The notes under the pieces: model-generated | What the model was told of the DNA's origin: nothing | What the model saw: the letters and a program-made list of their open reading frames with translations, nothing else | Databases searched by the model: none | Origin: Pseudomonadota bacterium | Lineage (GTDB): Bacteria; UBA10199; 2-02-FULL-44-16; JBDRGF01 | DNA: 20,552 nucleotides | Direction: 5' to 3' | Assembly (NCBI GenBank): GCA_043818055.1 | Contig: JBDRGF010000084.1 | Location: 1 to 20,552, forward strand | Shown: positions 15,972-20,552 of the stretch, one piece after another | Layout: each line of letters opens with the position of its first letter | How positions within the stretch are numbered: the first letter of the stretch is position 1 | Translations under genes and position numbers: made by a program

Positions 15972-18479
15972 CTAAAACCTCAAAACTTTCTCCAGGACTT
16001 CATTTTCTCCGATCTCGATATTGATCCACTTTTTCAGGGTCACGGCTAGTGCCGCATCATGGTAACTCACTTCCAGATAGTATTTACCCGGTTCGATGTC
16101 ATAGATCTGCCAGTCATCGCCCGTTGTGCCGTTTATCAGTTCTGTATCGGATCCATATTCAAAGATCTTGAATTGAGTTGTGATTATTATGTTATTGGCC
16201 CCGCGCCCCATGAGTTTGATCTTACCGGTTGTAAACATCGCATCAAGGCTCACTGTTTTGCTCTCCTCGATCTTAATATCCTTTACAACTACAGTCGGCT
16301 TTCTGGGAGTTTTCGCTTTAAACTTTATGCCCTTGATATCATAAGTTCCAGGAGGAAGATCGAAGATCGCCCAATCCTCTCCCGGCTCTTGTTTTGCCAC
16401 GAGTTCATCTCCCCCTGCGATGTACACGTCAAATTCGCTTTCAACAGGTCTCTCCTTTGAATCTATACCCCTGACGCGTATCATTCCAAGTGAGAATGTT
16501 CCTTTGATCTCGATCGGTTTGGGCTGAGGCTTTGTAAATTTGAGATCTGAAACTGTTTCAGATGGAAGGGGATCGTTTTTACTGCGCGTGATTTCTATAA
16601 TGACATTATAGTCTCCGGGGGGAAGGCTTGTTAAAATAGGATCCCCGTTTTTACTCTCTATGGTCGCCAGAGGAGTTTGTGCTTCTCCTGTAGCAGTCGT
16701 GATAGTAAATCTGGCGGGAAGCTTGTTTTTCTTGGTATCGATAGCTAAAAACTTAGCTTCGATCAAAGTGAACTCGGCCTTCACATCCGTTGACTTTGCA
16801 GGGAGTATTTCTATCGTCTGTTGAGTGAGCGGTGGGATGGGAATGGTCTCATCCAAGCCCTCCATCCTGATTTCATATTTTCCCGGTTGCAGCTCAACCT
16901 GAGTCCCCTCCTTCGAAACCTCGAATGTCATGACCTCCTCCGGAGGTAATGTGGTCGTGAGAATGGTAGCTGTGAAAGGTGTCGGTTGGTTATTCGAAGA
17001 GATGCCGGATATATTCAGCATGCCCGGCTGGAAATAAAATAATTGAACCGTGCTCTCCGTGGGAGATATTTCAACATCCTTGAGCTGAACGGTATATTGG
17101 GAGGGCTCGTCGGTTCTGTAGGCCTTGATATCATATTTCCCGGGGGATAGGAGTGTCGACTGGAGTTCATCGAGCTGATCGACTGAAATCACAATCTCCT
17201 CGGTTCCCGCTTTGAAGACTTCGAATTTGCTAGGGATGAGTCCGTCATTTTCATCGACCGCTTTCAATGTCAACGGAGCCAACCCGAATTCAACCTCCTG
17301 AGCTATCTTTGTCCCCTCCTGAATTTCAACTCCCTTTACAATCTTGGCGGGAGGCGTTTTTTCTTTCGAATCCAGATATTCTATTCTCAGATCATAACTT
17401 CCGGGTGGAAGCGAGAAATGGCGGATGCCCAATGTTGTAGCCTCATCAACGATCTCTCCCGTCCCTGATTTTAAAATCGTGATTTTACTGGGAAGCGGCG
17501 AGGCGCCGTTTTTAACTTTGAGTTTTAAATTATAAGGAATTCCTGAATTTAGCGATTCTTCAATATTGCTGTAGAGTTCAGATGCATCCCGGGCGAGCCA
17601 GAATTTTCCGCCGCTTGCGCTAGCAATGCATTTGAGCTCCCGCTGGTTCTCCTCATCGAGATCGAAACCTATAACCTCGATCAGAATATCCTTCTTATCC
17701 TTCAACCAGTCGGTTATGAGGTTACAGGCATCCTTCTTACAACTGTCGCCGCCATCGGCTATGAGTAGGATGATCTTGTCACCCGACATATCCTTGGGAA
17801 AGTCGTCATACGAAGCCTTTATCGCATCGACGATCGAGCTCTCGCCATCAGGAGAGAGCTTCATGATGCTTTCGCTCAATTGGACCATATTGAGCTCGCC
17901 GATAGGATATATATCGTTGCTTTCAGAGCATTTCCCACCAAAGCTTCTTATGCCGATATTTCTTGGATGTTCTGGATCTGAGGCCGCATCCCCCAGAACG
18001 GTGAGCAACGAGTCAATGAGGCTTATGAATTTTGTGAGGGATGAGCCGGTCAAAAGGCCATCCATACTCCCAGAGGTGTCTATCAGGATATCGATGTTGG
18101 ATTTTGTATCCAAAACCTTTGGCTTAAATGGAACCCTTTCAATCTCTGCAGCAGGGGTTTTTTGAGGCTCGCCGAGCTCCGGCGCCGGAATTGCGGATAT
18201 CTTACCCCCTGTCGCAACTTGCGGTGCAGCGGGTGTTTCTGGTTTCTGGTCTCTGGCCTCTTTCCCCTCTGTCATTGGCGTTGCCGGTGGAGGCGAGGGT
18301 TGTTCAGGGGGCGGGGATGTCTTTGCAGGAGGCTCGAGTAAGATCGGCTGGGGAGAACTCACCCTTGGTGCCGGGGTCAACTCTCCTTGAGTCTCAACAT
18401 CCTCTTTGCTACCCTTGCAATTAACGAACGCAAGGATAAGAAATAAGCTAAGTATTACATATAGAAATCTTCTTTTCAT
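15972..18479 (-). CDS. VWA-domain lipoprotein with Pro-rich linker and six tandem beta-sandwich repeats
   Basis: Signal ending ...LAFVNC, MIDAS DTSGS and IADGGDSC, six PGxY motifs about 87-89 aa apart, GAGG RBS. Confidence 0.92.
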   Translation of the reverse strand: MKRRFLYVILSLFLILAFVNCKGSKEDVETQGELTPAPRVSSPQPILLEPPAKTSPPPEQPSPPPATPMTEGKEARDQKPETPAAPQVATGGKISAIPAPELGEPQKTPAAEIERVPFKPKVLDTKSNIDILIDTSGSMDGLLTGSSLTKFISLIDSLLTVLGDAASDPEHPRNIGIRSFGGKCSESNDIYPIGELNMVQLSESIMKLSPDGESSIVDAIKASYDDFPKDMSGDKIILLIADGGDSCKKDACNLITDWLKDKKDILIEVIGFDLDEENQRELKCIASASGGKFWLARDASELYSNIEESLNSGIPYNLKLKVKNGASPLPSKITILKSGTGEIVDEATTLGIRHFSLPPGSYDLRIEYLDSKEKTPPAKIVKGVEIQEGTKIAQEVEFGLAPLTLKAVDENDGLIPSKFEVFKAGTEEIVISVDQLDELQSTLLSPGKYDIKAYRTDEPSQYTVQLKDVEISPTESTVQLFYFQPGMLNISGISSNNQPTPFTATILTTTLPPEEVMTFEVSKEGTQVELQPGKYEIRMEGLDETIPIPPLTQQTIEILPAKSTDVKAEFTLIEAKFLAIDTKKNKLPARFTITTATGEAQTPLATIESKNGDPILTSLPPGDYNVIIEITRSKNDPLPSETVSDLKFTKPQPKPIEIKGTFSLGMIRVRGIDSKERPVESEFDVYIAGGDELVAKQEPGEDWAIFDLPPGTYDIKGIKFKAKTPRKPTVVVKDIKIEESKTVSLDAMFTTGKIKLMGRGANNIIITTQFKIFEYGSDTELINGTTGDDWQIYDIEPGKYYLEVSYHDAALAVTLKKWINIEIGENEVLEKVLRF

Positions 18480-18540
18480 AAAGACCTCTGTATCATAACG
18501 GTATGAATTTGGAAAGCATACACTTTTTTGAATTTAAGAC

Positions 18541-18567
18541 GCAACATTTTGGCGATTTTGCCGATAA
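18541..18567 (+). promoter_or_regulatory. Sigma28-like promoter
   Basis: GCAACATT-N11-GCCGATAA, 26 nt before ATG 18594. Confidence 0.78.
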
Positions 18568-18593
18568 TATAGATAGGGGAAAAGGAAAAAATA

Positions 18594-20552
18594 ATGGGAT
18601 TAAAGCCAAATATAACAGGGATTGGTAATAGCCTGCCTAAAAGCCTATTAAAGGAAGACAACCGTACTTTAAGGCAAAAAAACACACCTAAAGATCCAAG
18701 AAAATCCGGTTCTACATATACCCAGGGAAGATCTGTTGCAACTGCTTCCGGATCGACTCCACCGACAAAAACGATTCACGGGGTAAGTATTACTCGTTTG
18801 ACCTCCGTAGCCGGATTGACACGTCGAAGCAAACCCTTCGTCTTTGTAATAGTGAACAATATATCTGAACTATCGCAATACAGAAATTCCAGAGTCGATG
18901 TTGTCTATACAACTAAGCATATGTACGTAAATGGTTGGGGTATCAAAGGGGATGCAAATACGTTGAGCATCTGGGGGATGAAAGAGGGAGATATAGGAAC
19001 CGGGGCTTGGCTGACAGTGAAAAATGGAAATTTGAGGGAGGCATTCAAGTGCTCATTTGTGGATGGAATACCTTATATTCCTTTAAAAGGGAGAGATATT
19101 GAAAAGCTGACCAAGATCGATTCCGAGTTCGTTTTGGTGTTAGGAAGAAATATTAATGATCTAAAGCGATTAAATTCTTCTCATCTCAATCATACAATAA
19201 TCTATTGTGACCATCGCATGTATAAAAAAGTATGGAATTCGAAAGATGCTGGAGAAATTTTGGAGATCTGGGGGATGAATACAAATGCTAAGCCTGGTGC
19301 TTGGCAGCTTTCTTACGTAAATTATTATACAAAGACAGCACAGCTTCTTCAACGCTTTAGTGCTAGAGTTATAGCTAGACCTACACCGCCGGTAAGGCCG
19401 ACTCCAAGGCCAGCAACGCCACCTGCACCGGGGAGAGCTGCCCCACCTCCACTAGCGCCGATTTCAACACCTCCATCCATCACAGATTTGCTTAAAAATG
19501 CGTCGGATACCCTGGCCTTTATAAAGGTTTTACGAGATTTTCCAGGAGAGGCTGTCAAGCTGCATCGAAAAAATAAATTACGGGGATTATTCTTTCAGTC
19601 TATACGTAAGACCGTGACCCTTACTGGTGAACATCTGAAAAATAATAGGGACGGGGAATATCAGAGATATCTAACCGGGCTAACCAGGGCTGCAAATAAA
19701 AGACTAATCCGTAAATATGGTTGGAGGAATATTTATCGCAAGCTCATCCAAATCCTGCGCCAATTTCCACAGTTTTCCGGCATTCTAAAAAAGAACATTC
19801 TTGATGGAGTATATGTTGCGCATATCCTTGCACAGAAAAACAATGCTGCCCGCATTAGAGTATTAGCTCAAAAATTGAGGAAATGGGTAGTAGCTCAAAA
19901 AGGTGCAGGAAGATCTAAGAGAGATGTTCTACTTGATATCTCGCCCCTCTTTCTGAGGGGGAGGAAAAAAAGATATATCAAACAAGCCGGGCTTCAGATA
20001 GTCCAAGAGTTGAATTCGATTTATAAGACAACTCCTGTTGTTGCTCCACGGCCAGCAACTCCTGTTGTTGCCACCCGACCGGTAAGACCTGTTATGCCTG
20101 CGAGGCCAGAACCTCGTAAGCCCACAGAGAGACAACTTGCAGCCGAACGGAAAAGTCTTCGAAAAGAAATTATTAAGGCGATGAGTCAGTTAAAAAAATC
20201 CCGCAATCTTGATGCTCTCGATAAATCTGCAGGAAAGGTTTTATCCCTTTACGACAGATACAAACAAATCGGGGGAAACGGGAAACTATCCTTTGAGACT
20301 ATTAAAAGAGCATTTAGAGTTGTATTCGATAAGGAACTCAGAAAAATAAAGATTGCTGCAAGAAAATTCAGAAGGGCTCAAATCAGTTTTGAAGAATTTA
20401 ACAGGGAATATGAGGCCTTGAGATCGTTTCTCTCAAGATATTCAAGCATGGTGAAGGGTGATTTTGTAAGAAGCGCCAAAAATCTCGATTCACTGATATC
20501 GGTCTATCTACGCGATACTAATGAAATCAGCACAAATGTTGATGTGATCCGT
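18594..20552 (+). CDS. Hypothetical basic protein, orphan family member B (partial, at least 653 aa, runs off the window; absent from the ORF track)
   Basis: Manual translation gives an open frame MGLKPNITGIGNSLPKSLL...TNVDVIR with no stop. It shares blocks with 14354-15928, e.g. NSRVDVVY/NSKIDVVY, NAKPGAW/NAKPGLW, PSITDLLK/PSLTDSLK, FLRG...AG..IV.ELNSI. Confidence 0.92.
   Translation, partial: MGLKPNITGIGNSLPKSLLKEDNRTLRQKNTPKDPRKSGSTYTQGRSVATASGSTPPTKTIHGVSITRLTSVAGLTRRSKPFVFVIVNNISELSQYRNSRVDVVYTTKHMYVNGWGIKGDANTLSIWGMKEGDIGTGAWLTVKNGNLREAFKCSFVDGIPYIPLKGRDIEKLTKIDSEFVLVLGRNINDLKRLNSSHLNHTIIYCDHRMYKKVWNSKDAGEILEIWGMNTNAKPGAWQLSYVNYYTKTAQLLQRFSARVIARPTPPVRPTPRPATPPAPGRAAPPPLAPISTPPSITDLLKNASDTLAFIKVLRDFPGEAVKLHRKNKLRGLFFQSIRKTVTLTGEHLKNNRDGEYQRYLTGLTRAANKRLIRKYGWRNIYRKLIQILRQFPQFSGILKKNILDGVYVAHILAQKNNAARIRVLAQKLRKWVVAQKGAGRSKRDVLLDISPLFLRGRKKRYIKQAGLQIVQELNSIYKTTPVVAPRPATPVVATRPVRPVMPARPEPRKPTERQLAAERKSLRKEIIKAMSQLKKSRNLDALDKSAGKVLSLYDRYKQIGGNGKLSFETIKRAFRVVFDKELRKIKIAARKFRRAQISFEEFNREYEALRSFLSRYSSMVKGDFVRSAKNLDSLISVYLRDTNEISTNVDVIR
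20029..20071 (+). repeat. In-frame 27-nt-period repeat (CAACTCCTGTTGTTGC x2) in a Pro-rich linker
   Basis: Copies at 20029-20044 and 20056-20071 encode TPVVAPRPA/TPVVATRPV. Confidence 0.85.

Noticed and set aside
5459..18424. Numerous 60-180 aa ORFs antisense to or overlapping long genes
   Set aside because: These are shadow ORFs of well-supported genes, with no recognisable motifs.
18476..20135. Minus-strand ORFs 18476-18685, 19170-19352, 19349-19558 and 19929-20135
   Set aside because: They are antisense to the long plus-strand paralog ORF starting at 18594 or to its promoter region.

Overview
Bacterial chromosomal window, probably from a diderm deltaproteobacteria-like lineage (weak inference from gene style). 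Left to right: the probable left end of an IS5-like element, a possible decayed AbrB/PIN toxin-antitoxin remnant, a basic orphan protein with a C-terminal hydrophobic hairpin coupled to a zinc-ribbon Hanks-type Ser/Thr kinase, a small gene plus nucleotidyltransferase pair, and divergent nadK/nadD. Next is an envelope cluster: a possible beta-barrel membrane protein, a 1254-aa lipoprotein, a divergent ~979-aa secreted protein and a VWA lipoprotein with six repeats. The VWA gene is flanked by two paralogous orphan basic proteins, and the second (18594 to window end) is missing from the ORF track. The strongest hidden signal is a bipartite motif, GCAAC(T/A)TT-N11-GCCGA(T/G)AA, found three times with identical spacing upstream of three non-flagellar genes. 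It suggests a sigma28-family regulon of surface and effector-like proteins. GTAG-type REP-like hairpins and heptamer repeats bracketing the large lipoprotein gene are also present. No rRNA, tRNA or CRISPR array was seen.
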